Shown piece by piece: positions 27,015-35,434 of a stretch of 64,000 bases of DNA. Position 1 is the first letter of the stretch. The number at the start of each line of letters is the position of its first letter. A program made the position numbers and the translations under genes. Source of the stretch: Vicinamibacteria bacterium (lineage in GTDB: Bacteria > Acidobacteriota > Vicinamibacteria > Marinacidobacterales > Marinacidobacteraceae); assembly GCA_963555995.3 (NCBI GenBank), contig OY821641.1:1760001-1824000 (forward strand), given 5' to 3'. The notes beneath the pieces are model-generated. The model was not told where the DNA came from. It made no database searches and worked only from the letters and a program-made list of their open reading frames with translations.

Positions 27015-28289
27015 GTGATCCAACCGGGCAGCAACTCGCTGCGGAAGATCGCGGTCATCGGGCGAGGAACCGCAGGGTCGCTCGCGGCCGCCGCGGTGAC
27101 CCGTCTTCACCCTGACGGCGACCACGAGCTGCACCACATCCATGACTCGCGCATTCCGGTCATCGGAGTGGGTGAAGGCAGTTGGCCGAGCCTGGTCGGG
27201 CACCTGCAGCAACTGACGGCCCTGCCCCACGAAACGGTCCAGCAGCGCCTGCAGGGAACGCGCAAGTACGGCGTGGCCTTTGAGGGGTGGGGACGGCGCA
27301 ATCGGGACTTCACCCACTACTTCACGCCGCAACAGGTCTCCTACGCCTACCACCTGTCCGCCGACCTGCTGGCGGAGCTGCTGCACGAGAGCACGCGCGC
27401 GCGCCACGTCAACGCGAAAGTGCTCGGGATCACCCGGGTGGACGGCGGCGCCGAGGTCGAATTCGAGGATCGGGCCCCGGAGCGCTACGACCTGGTCTTC
27501 GATGCCCGCGGGTTTCCCCGTGACCTGGACCCCGACCGGCACATCCCAATTTCCTTCATCCCGACGGACACCGCCGTCATCCGCCGCTGTCCGGCGATCG
27601 TCGGGGACGGGCGGGACGGCCCGGTCCTCCAGCACACCTATACCCGCGCGGTGGCGCGCCCGCACGGCTGGATCTTCGTCATCCCGCTCGTGGCGCACAC
27701 GTCCTACGGGTACATCTTCAACCGCGACGTATCCGGCCTCGCCGAAGTCGAAGCGGACTTCGACGCGTTCCTCGAAGCCGATGGCGCGCCGGAGTTCGAG
27801 CAGCGCGCCGTCATCCCGTTTCCCAATTTCGTCCACCGGCAGATCTACGACGGCGCGGTGGCCCGCATCGGAAACCGGGCGGCCTTCATGGAACCGCTCG
27901 AAGCCACCGCGATCGTGTCCGCCCAGTTCCAGATCGGGATGGTCCTGCAGACCCGCCTGAACCGTCCGGTCGAGCATCTCGAGCGCGACGCGCCGGTGAT
28001 CAACCGGTTTCTCGTGAACGAGATGCTCGCCTACGGCCTGTTCGTCGGCTGGCACTACTCCTGCGGCTCCCGCTACGACAGCGGCTTCTGGCGCTACGCT
28101 CGCGACCAGGCCTGGCCGAGGCACCGCCAGACGGCGGACCCCGAGGCGGTGGGTTGCGCCGCGCTCCGCAAGTTCGACGCAATGATCGAGTTGCTGAACC
28201 GGCCCGTCATCGCCAGGGCCGACTGGGATCGGATGTGCGCGGTCCCTCTCACCAGCTACGCCCAGATGTCCCAGGGTCTGGGCTGCTGA
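27015..28289 (+). CDS. srpI: Flavin-dependent tryptophan-halogenase-like enzyme (peptidyl-Trp halogenase, SrpI-like)
   Basis: IAVIGRGTAG FAD motif, IGVGEG, TRKYGV (catalytic Lys position), GWIFVIP, AFMEPLEATAI; start re-called at GTG 27015; divergent from precursor. Confidence 0.88.
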   Translation: MIQPGSNSLRKIAVIGRGTAGSLAAAAVTRLHPDGDHELHHIHDSRIPVIGVGEGSWPSLVGHLQQLTALPHETVQQRLQGTRKYGVAFEGWGRRNRDFTHYFTPQQVSYAYHLSADLLAELLHESTRARHVNAKVLGITRVDGGAEVEFEDRAPERYDLVFDARGFPRDLDPDRHIPISFIPTDTAVIRRCPAIVGDGRDGPVLQHTYTRAVARPHGWIFVIPLVAHTSYGYIFNRDVSGLAEVEADFDAFLEADGAPEFEQRAVIPFPNFVHRQIYDGAVARIGNRAAFMEPLEATAIVSAQFQIGMVLQTRLNRPVEHLERDAPVINRFLVNEMLAYGLFVGWHYSCGSRYDSGFWRYARDQAWPRHRQTADPEAVGCAALRKFDAMIELLNRPVIARADWDRMCAVPLTSYAQMSQGLGC

Positions 28290-28404
28290 TCCTGGTCGCC
28301 GACGGCGGGCCGGGACGGCCGCCGGCCCGGCGCGGGTGCGCGGGGCGCGGCTCTGGTAGACTCACGTCCCGCATGGCGGGCATCCGGGACCGGGCGGCGA
28401 CAGC

Positions 28405-30069
28405 TTGAGCCTCCCCTCTCTCCCCGCCAAGACGCGCTTTCTCTTCGTCACCGGCGGAGTGATCTCTTCGCTCGGGAAGGGCATCGCGTCCGCCTCCATC
28501 GGGCGCCTGCTGAAATCGCAGGGATACTCGGTCACCTTCCTCAAGTTCGACCCGTATCTGAACGTGGACCCGGGCACCATGAGCCCGTACCAGCACGGCG
28601 AGGTCTTCGTGACGCACGACGGCGCCGAGACGGATCTCGACGTGGGGCACTACGAGCGCTTCACCGGCAACGCGTTCTCCGCGCTCTCGAACGTCACCAG
28701 CGGCCAGATCTACGAGACCGTGATCGAGCGGGAACGGCAGGGGGGATACCTGGGAGCGACGGTCCAAGTGATTCCCCACGTGACCGACGAGATCAAGCGC
28801 CGCCTGATCGCGGTGGCCGGCGATGCCGACGTGGTCATCGTCGAGATCGGCGGAACGGTCGGTGACATCGAGGGCCAGCCCTTCCTCGAGGCGGCGCGGC
28901 AGTTCCGGCTGGACGTGGGACCGGCGCGCGTCTGTTTCCTGCACCTGACGCTCGTCCCGATGATCGCCACCGCCGGCGAGTACAAGACCAAACCCACGCA
29001 GCACAGCGTCCGGGAGCTGCGCGCGATCGGAATCCAGCCCGACGTGCTGCTGTGCCGCGCCAAGGAGGGCCTCCCCGCCGAGGTCAAGGCCAAGATCGGA
29101 CTCCACACCTCGGTGGCTTCGGGCGCCGTCTTCACCGCGGTGGACGCGCGGTCCGTGTACGAGGTCCCCCTCAACCTGGCGGCCGAGGGCGTGGACCGCA
29201 GGATCCTCGAGCACTTCCAGCTTCCGTCCCGGGAACGGCAGCTCTCGGACTGGAAGGACCTGGTCCAGCGCCTGAGGGCCGGTTCCCGGGACGTCCGGAT
29301 CGGGGTGGTCGGCAAGTATGTCGAACTCGAGGACTCCTACAAGAGCCTCAGCGAGGCCCTCGTGCATGGCGGAGTCCCCCACGACGCGCGCGTCGAGATC
29401 CGCTGGGTGGAAGCCGAGAGCCTCCAGGACGGTGACCTCTCCCAGCTCGACGACTGCGACGGCATCCTGGTGCCCGGCGGATTCGGCTCGCGGGGGACCG
29501 AAGGGATGGCGCAGGCCGCCGGACGGGCGCGCACCGATCGCGTGCCGTTCCTCGGGATCTGCTACGGATTCCAGTGGGCGGTGGTGGAGTTCGCGCGCTC
29601 CGAGTGCGGACTCGTCGGGGCGAGCACCCAGGAACTCAACCCGGATGCGGAACACCAGGTCTTCCAGTTGCTGCGCAACCTCGAAGGCGTCGAACCGCTG
29701 GGTGGGACCATGCGGGTGGGGGCGGTGACCTGCATTCTCCGGGAGGGTTCGCTCGCCGCGCGCACCTACGGGAGGACCAGGATCAGCGAGCGCCATCGCC
29801 ACCGCTACGAGTTCGAGCGCGGCTACACCGAACTCGTGGAGTCCCGGGGCATGAAGTTCTCCGGTTTCACCGAGGACGGGTTCTACGAGATCGCCGAGAT
29901 TCCCGACCATCCCTGGTTCCTGGCCGTTCAGTTCCATCCGGAGTTCCAGTCGAACCCGCTCCGCCCGCACCCCCTCTTCAGCGACTTCATCGGAGCCGCC
30001 CTCGAAAAGCGGGAGGAGCGCGCTCGGACCGCGCTGCCGGCGTCGGCGGACGCCGTTTCCGCCGGCTGA
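28405..30069 (+). CDS. pyrG: CTP synthase
   Basis: FVTGGVISSLGKG, DPYLNVDPGTMSPYQHGE, KTKPTQHSV, GICYG, ERHRHRYE, QFHPEF. Confidence 0.98.
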   Translation: MSLPSLPAKTRFLFVTGGVISSLGKGIASASIGRLLKSQGYSVTFLKFDPYLNVDPGTMSPYQHGEVFVTHDGAETDLDVGHYERFTGNAFSALSNVTSGQIYETVIERERQGGYLGATVQVIPHVTDEIKRRLIAVAGDADVVIVEIGGTVGDIEGQPFLEAARQFRLDVGPARVCFLHLTLVPMIATAGEYKTKPTQHSVRELRAIGIQPDVLLCRAKEGLPAEVKAKIGLHTSVASGAVFTAVDARSVYEVPLNLAAEGVDRRILEHFQLPSRERQLSDWKDLVQRLRAGSRDVRIGVVGKYVELEDSYKSLSEALVHGGVPHDARVEIRWVEAESLQDGDLSQLDDCDGILVPGGFGSRGTEGMAQAAGRARTDRVPFLGICYGFQWAVVEFARSECGLVGASTQELNPDAEHQVFQLLRNLEGVEPLGGTMRVGAVTCILREGSLAARTYGRTRISERHRHRYEFERGYTELVESRGMKFSGFTEDGFYEIAEIPDHPWFLAVQFHPEFQSNPLRPHPLFSDFIGAALEKREERARTALPASADAVSAG

Positions 30070-30095
30070 TCCGGCGCCCGGCCTTTCGGTACCCC

Positions 30096-30698
30096 GTGCC
30101 CAGCGAGGATTCCGGCGGTCCCGCCGCGGTCCGGCGCCAGGACCCGCAGGCCACGGAGGGTGGGCGCGATCCGGTCTCCCGGCGGGCCGCCGCCATCGAG
30201 GCCATCCTGATGGACGTGGACGGGGTCCTGACCGACGGCACCTTCGAGCCGGGCGACGAGGACGCCGGAATCCCCGAGCGGAAGCGTTTCCACTCCCGGG
30301 ACGGCCTGGGCCTCGTGATGGCGAAGAAGAGCGGCCTGCGCCTCGGTTTCGTGACCGGCCGCCGCTCCGGAACCGTGAGGGGGCGCGCCGCGGAACTGGA
30401 GCTCGACTATCTCCGCGAAGGCTGCTTCGACAAGGGTCCGGCGTTCGACGAGGCCTGCGCCTCCTTCGGCCTGCTGCCGGAGCAGGTCGCCTTCGTGGGT
30501 GACGACGTGCAGGACCTGCCGGCGCTTCGCAAGGCCGGCTTCGCCGCCGCCCCCGCCGACGCCCATCCCGCCGTCCTCGACTGCGTCCACTTCGTCGCCG
30601 ACGCTCCGGGGGGGCGGGGCGCCGTCCGTCAGGTCATCGAGCGGATCCTGGAGGCTCGCGGGCTGCTCGACGCCGCGCTGTTTCGGTTCTGGGGCTAG
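30096..30698 (+). CDS. kdsC: KdsC-family HAD phosphatase (KDO-8-phosphate phosphatase)
   Basis: MDVDGVLTDG, KRFHSRDG, VTGRRS, FVGDDVQD, GGRGAVR; start uncertain (GTG 30096). Confidence 0.88.
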   Translation: MPSEDSGGPAAVRRQDPQATEGGRDPVSRRAAAIEAILMDVDGVLTDGTFEPGDEDAGIPERKRFHSRDGLGLVMAKKSGLRLGFVTGRRSGTVRGRAAELELDYLREGCFDKGPAFDEACASFGLLPEQVAFVGDDVQDLPALRKAGFAAAPADAHPAVLDCVHFVADAPGGRGAVRQVIERILEARGLLDAALFRFWG

Positions 30699-30881
30699 CA
30701 GCCTGTGGATAAAGTGACGTGAGCGCCGAGGCGGGCGAGGCGCCCGGCTGACAAGGCGCGTGAGGGAGGAATACCGGGTGTATTTCGACCGAAACGCAAC
30801 GCAGAGCGCCGCAAAAGCGGCGCGGTTCAGCCGGGATGCATCGCCCGCCGAACGCCGCGTGACTTTGTCCACAGGCTGCTA
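30696..30881. mobile_element. Complete ~182 bp MITE flanked by CTAG/TA at both ends
   Basis: CTAGCAGCCTGTGGATAAAGTGACG ... CGTGACTTTGTCCACAGGCTGCTAG; left TAG is the kdsC stop codon. Confidence 0.88.
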
Positions 30882-30924
30882 GCAGGCGTTACCGCGCCGT
30901 GAGGGGCGGAGTAGGGTTGCGCCG

Positions 30925-30977
30925 TGCGCGGCGCGGAGCGCCGCGGTGCCGGTCTGGAGACCGGCGTTCCAAGCCGG
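30925..30977. repeat. Solo REP-like unit
   Basis: Near-identical to 298-351. Confidence 0.75.
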
Positions 30978-31007
30978 CAGCGCCATACCCCCGGTCAGGG
31001 ACCGATC

Positions 31008-31619
31008 TCAGGGAACGGCGCGGGTGAGGAGCGACCGGGCCACGGCGGCGGCGGCTTCCTCCGTCTCCTTGAGGGTTCCCGACGCGTCCACGAGGTCGTC
31101 GGCGCGCCGGGCCTTCTCGAGGGGATCCATCTGGGCGGCAAGCCGGAGGCGCGCCTCCTCCGGGGTCATCCCGGAGCGCGCGGTGAGGCGCTCGAACTGC
31201 TGCTCGGGACGGCAGACCACGACGACCAGCCGGTCGTAGTTGGCGGCGCTGCCGGTCTCCACCATGAGGGCGGCCTCGACCCCGGCGACCCGTTCTCCCT
31301 CCGCCTCGCGTCCGTCCAGAAAGGCCGCGATCCGCTGCCAGATCCGCGGGTGCACGACCCCGTTCAGCCATTCGCGCTCCGCCGGATCGGCGAAGACCCG
31401 GGCCCCCAGGGTCTTCCGGTCGATGCCTCCGTCCCGGCCGACCACCTCGCTCCCGAAGTGACCGGCGACCTCCTCCACGAGGTCGCCGCCCGGGGCGAAG
31501 AACTCGTGGGTCAGGGCGTCGGCGTCGAGCATGGGAATCCCGGCGCGCTCGAACACCCGCCGCACCGTGGTCTTTCCCGAGGCGATCCCTCCGGTCAGGC
31601 CAATCCGAAGCATCATCAA
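31008..31619 (-). CDS. coaE: Dephospho-CoA kinase
   Basis: IGLTGGIASGKTT, DAD, IDRKTLG, LNGVVHP. Confidence 0.95.
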   Translation of the reverse strand: MMMLRIGLTGGIASGKTTVRRVFERAGIPMLDADALTHEFFAPGGDLVEEVAGHFGSEVVGRDGGIDRKTLGARVFADPAEREWLNGVVHPRIWQRIAAFLDGREAEGERVAGVEAALMVETGSAANYDRLVVVVCRPEQQFERLTARSGMTPEEARLRLAAQMDPLEKARRADDLVDASGTLKETEEAAAAVARSLLTRAVP

Positions 31620-31838
31620 GCCGTTGGGGAAGCAGCCCGCACCGACCCCCGAAGAACGTGCGCAGTTGGGTCACCGGGCTTTCCGCGCGCGGGCTGCTTC
31701 CCCCACGGCGTGATGCCGGAGATCGCGTTGCGATCCCCGCCATCGTTCTTCATGGGGAGGGGAAGCCCCTCCCCAAACCCCTCCCCCGCGGCGCCGCGCG
31801 CCGCGAACCGGCACCTGCGGTTCTCTCTCATGAGTCGG

Positions 31839-32771
31839 TCAACGATCCGGAGAGCGACGTGCGACCGCGAGGGCGACGGTGTTGGCGAGGAGCATCGCGA
31901 TGGTGAGCGGCCCGACGCCGCCCGGAACCGGGGTATACGCCGACGAACGTTCCCGCATCGCCACCGGGTGGACGTCGCCGACCAGCGTGTAGCCGTTCCG
32001 GCGGAACCGGGCCAGACGCTTCTCGTCGCCGCCGAAGAAATCGCGAACCTCCGCTTCGCTCTCGGCGCGGTTCATCCCCACGTCCACGACGACGGCGCCC
32101 TCGCGGATGGCGTCCGCTCGCACCATCGCCGGCCGGCCGATCGCGGTGCAGAGGATGTCGGCCTCGCGGCAGACGGCGGGGAGGTCGCGGGTCCGCGAGT
32201 GACAGAGCGTGACCGTGGCGTGCTGGTGGAGGAGCAGCAGCGCGAGCGGCTTGCCCACGATGTCGCTCCTCCCGACGACCACCGCGCGGGAGCCCTTCAC
32301 TTCGATTCCCTCGCGGCGGAACATCTCCATGATCCCCGCCGGGGTGCAGGGAACCGGCCCGGGAAGACCCGCCACCAGGCGGCCCACGTTCTCGGGATGA
32401 AAGCCGTCCACGTCCTTCGCCGGACGGATCCGGGCCAGAAACTCCGACGCCGCGAGCCCGTCCGGGAGCGGAAGCTGCAGCAGGATCGCATCCACCGCCT
32501 CGTCCCGGTTCAGCCGCTCCAGCAGGCCGCCCAGCTCGGGCGCCGTCGTGGTGGCCGGGAGGCGATGGGTCTCGGAGGCGATCCCCGCCTCCCGCGAGGC
32601 CTTGATCTTGCCCCGCACGTAGATCGCCGAAGCGGGGTCGTCGCCCACCAGCACGACCGCCAGTCCGGGCGGACGCCCCGCCGAGCGGGCGAACTCGCGC
32701 GCCGCCTCGGCGGCGTCGGCGCGAATCGCGGCGCCGATCTTCTTTCCGTCCAGGATCCTTCCGGCCATCAA
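31839..32771 (-). CDS. folD: Methylenetetrahydrofolate dehydrogenase/cyclohydrolase
   Basis: VGDDPASAIYV, QLPLP, KDVDGFHP, PCTPAG, VGRSDIVGKP, TPVPGGVGPLT. Confidence 0.97.
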   Translation of the reverse strand: MMAGRILDGKKIGAAIRADAAEAAREFARSAGRPPGLAVVLVGDDPASAIYVRGKIKASREAGIASETHRLPATTTAPELGGLLERLNRDEAVDAILLQLPLPDGLAASEFLARIRPAKDVDGFHPENVGRLVAGLPGPVPCTPAGIMEMFRREGIEVKGSRAVVVGRSDIVGKPLALLLLHQHATVTLCHSRTRDLPAVCREADILCTAIGRPAMVRADAIREGAVVVDVGMNRAESEAEVRDFFGGDEKRLARFRRNGYTLVGDVHPVAMRERSSAYTPVPGGVGPLTIAMLLANTVALAVARRSPDR

Positions 32772-32805
32772 TCTCTCCTCGGATGTTTGTTGTCGACGAA
32801 GTCTC

Positions 32806-33528
32806 TCAGCCGGCCTCCGGCCGGGATCCGGCCGCGGCCAGGAGCGCCCGCGCCCGGTCCCCGATCTCGCGGGGCGAGGTGGCGGACACGGCCGAGATCA
32901 CCGCCGCCGCATCGGCGCCGGCAGCGAGCACCGAACGGATGCGGTCCCGGCCGATTCCCCCGATCGCGATCAGCGGCCCCCGGTAGAGCGCGCGCGCCTC
33001 CCGGACGCCCGACAGCGAAACCACCGGCGCAGCGTCGGCCTTGGTCGGCGTGTCGAACACGGGTCCCACGGCAAGATAGTCGGCGGGTGCGCGCCTCGAG
33101 AGTTCCACCTCCGCCCGGGTGTGGGTCGAAAGGCCGATCACCGCCCGACGCCCGAGCAGGCGGCGGGCCGCCCCCACCGACAGGTCGTCCTGCCCGAGAT
33201 GGACCCCGTCGGCGCCGGCCAGCAGGGCGACGTCGGCCCGGTCGTTCACCACCACGCGGACGCCGCACCCCGCCGCGCCGCGGACCCCGGCAGACACCCA
33301 GGCCGCGAGGGCGCCTGCCGGAAGTCCCTTCCCCCGGAGCTGGACGATCCGGATTCCGGCGGTCCCGAGCGCGCGGAGCACCGGGCCGGGGTCCCGGCCG
33401 CCGAGTACGCCCGCGTCCAGGATGGGATAGACGGGGCTGGCCGCGAAGAAGGCCCGCGAACACCAGGAGGCCGCCGCACTCGCGTCCCGATCAGTCGAGA
33501 CGCCCGATGAACCCGGTGTCGAAGCCAC
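32806..33528 (-). CDS. thiE: Thiamine-phosphate synthase
   Basis: VQLRGK, VVNDRADVA, GVHLGQDD, GLSTH, GPVFDTPTK, AIGGI; start uncertain (GTG 33528 inside accC end, GAGGAG upstream). Confidence 0.9.
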   Translation of the reverse strand: MASTPGSSGVSTDRDASAAASWCSRAFFAASPVYPILDAGVLGGRDPGPVLRALGTAGIRIVQLRGKGLPAGALAAWVSAGVRGAAGCGVRVVVNDRADVALLAGADGVHLGQDDLSVGAARRLLGRRAVIGLSTHTRAEVELSRRAPADYLAVGPVFDTPTKADAAPVVSLSGVREARALYRGPLIAIGGIGRDRIRSVLAAGADAAAVISAVSATSPREIGDRARALLAAAGSRPEAG

Positions 33529-34825
33529 CCGCGAGAAACTCCTCGCTCTCCATGATGCGGCGGTGGAGGGGAAGGGTGGTGTGGATTCCCTCCACCTCCA
33601 TTTCGGCGAGCGCCCGCCGCATCCGCGCCACCGCGTGCACCCGGTCCTCACCGTGCACGATGAGCTTGGCGACCAGCGAGTCGTAGTAGGGGGGGATGAC
33701 CGCTCCCGCGTGCGCCGCCGTATCCAACCGCACCCCGGGTCCGCCGGGGCCGTGGAAGGCCGTGATGGTTCCCGGACTCGGGATGAACCGCTCCGGATCC
33801 TCGGCGTTGATCCGGCATTCGATCGCGGCGCCGGCGATCCGGACGGACTCCTGCGAGAACGAGAGCGGCTCCCCCGCGGCCACCCGGATCTGTTCGCGCA
33901 CGAGGTCCAGTCCGGTCACCATTTCCGTCACCGGGTGCTCCACCTGGATGCGCACGTTCATCTCGCTGAAGAAGAAGTGGCCGTCGGGGTCCATCAGGAA
34001 CTCGACGGTGCCGGCGTTGCGGTATCCCACCGCCTCGGCGGCCTTCACCGCCGCCGCTCCGAGCTTCGCCCGCGTCGCTTCGGTGAGGCCGGGCCCCGGC
34101 GCCTCTTCGACGAGCTTCTGGTGCCGGCGCTGCACCGAACAGTCCCGCTCGCCGAGATGGACCGTGCTGCCGTGCGCGTCCGCGAAGACCTGGACCTCCA
34201 CGTGGCGCACGCTCGGCAGATACCGCTCGATGTAGACCTCGGCATCCCCGAAGGCGGCCTGCGCCTCGGTCGCGGCCGAGTTCAGCGCCGGCGCCAGTTC
34301 CGACTCGCTGCCCACGATGCGCATGCCGCGTCCGCCGCCGCCGAAGGAAGCCTTCAGCAGGACCGGGTACCCGACCTCGCCCGCGACCCGGGTGGCTTCC
34401 TCCACGCCGGACACGCCGGACTCGGTCCCCGGGAGAATCGGCACCCCGGCCTCGCGCATGATCCGCCGCGCGAGCGCCTTGTCGCCCATGCTCCGAATGC
34501 TCTCCGGGGGCGGGCCGATGAAGGTCACCCGGCAGGCCTCGCAGACCTCGGCGAGCGCGTGGCTCTCGGCGAGGAATCCGTAACCGGGATGGATGGCGTC
34601 GGCGCCGGAGATCTCCGCCGCGGTCAGGATGCGCGGGACGTCGAGGTAGCTCTCCGCCGGGGCGGCCGGCCCGATGCAGACCCCTTCGTCGGCGAGCCGC
34701 ACCGGCAGGGCGTCGCGGTCCGCATCGGAATAGGCGATCACGGTCCGCAGGCCGAGGTCCCGGCAGGCCGCGATGATCCGCACCGCGATTTCGCCGCGGT
34801 TTGCGACCAGGACCTTGCCGAACAC
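33491..34825 (-). CDS. accC: Biotin carboxylase
   Basis: ANRGEIAVR, HPGYGFLAE, GGGGRGMR, ERDCSVQRRHQK, QVEHPVTE, YYDSL. Confidence 0.97.
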   Translation of the reverse strand: MFGKVLVANRGEIAVRIIAACRDLGLRTVIAYSDADRDALPVRLADEGVCIGPAAPAESYLDVPRILTAAEISGADAIHPGYGFLAESHALAEVCEACRVTFIGPPPESIRSMGDKALARRIMREAGVPILPGTESGVSGVEEATRVAGEVGYPVLLKASFGGGGRGMRIVGSESELAPALNSAATEAQAAFGDAEVYIERYLPSVRHVEVQVFADAHGSTVHLGERDCSVQRRHQKLVEEAPGPGLTEATRAKLGAAAVKAAEAVGYRNAGTVEFLMDPDGHFFFSEMNVRIQVEHPVTEMVTGLDLVREQIRVAAGEPLSFSQESVRIAGAAIECRINAEDPERFIPSPGTITAFHGPGGPGVRLDTAAHAGAVIPPYYDSLVAKLIVHGEDRVHAVARMRRALAEMEVEGIHTTLPLHRRIMESEEFLAGGFDTGFIGRLD

Positions 34826-34861
34826 GTCAGCAGCCTGTGAACCGGGTCACGCGGCGTTCGT

Positions 34862-35329
34862 TCAGATTGGCCGGATTTCGAAGAGCCGGTCCCCGAACTG
34901 CACCGCGGAGCCGTCCTCGGGGACGATCTCGACGACTTCCCCACTCTGCTCGGCCTCGATGTTGTTCATCAGCTTCATCGCCTCGATGATGCAGAGTACC
35001 TGTCCCTTGCGGACCCGGTCTCCCACACTGACGAACGCCTCCGCCTCGGGCCGCGGCCGGCGGTAGAACGTCCCCACCATCGGCGCGGTCACGGTCTCCA
35101 GTCCGGACGCCGCCGCATCCGCCGACCCATCGTCCTCCGGGGCCGCCGGCGCCGGGGCGGCGGCCGCCGCCGGGAGGGGAGCGGCCGCCGTTGCCGCCGG
35201 CCCCCGCGCGACGCGCAGACGCGCCCCTCCGACGCGGAGGTCCACCTCGTGGAACTCCGTTCCGGCGAGTTGGTCGAGCGCCTCCAGCAGGTCGGCGAGA
35301 GTGGGCTCTTTGGACGAGGATGCGGGCAC
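34862..35329 (-). CDS. accB: Biotin carboxyl carrier protein
   Basis: APMVGTFYR, IIEAMKLMN biotinylation motif. Confidence 0.96.
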   Translation of the reverse strand: MPASSSKEPTLADLLEALDQLAGTEFHEVDLRVGGARLRVARGPAATAAAPLPAAAAAPAPAAPEDDGSADAAASGLETVTAPMVGTFYRRPRPEAEAFVSVGDRVRKGQVLCIIEAMKLMNNIEAEQSGEVVEIVPEDGSAVQFGDRLFEIRPI

Positions 35330-35434
35330 GAACGGCAGCGGGGCTCGGCCCGCAACGGCCGGAACGGTACCACAACGCAGGGCACGTCCCGCCGCCGGGA
35401 CGGAGGGCTTCGCCGGTTCCCCAACCGGTCCGTT

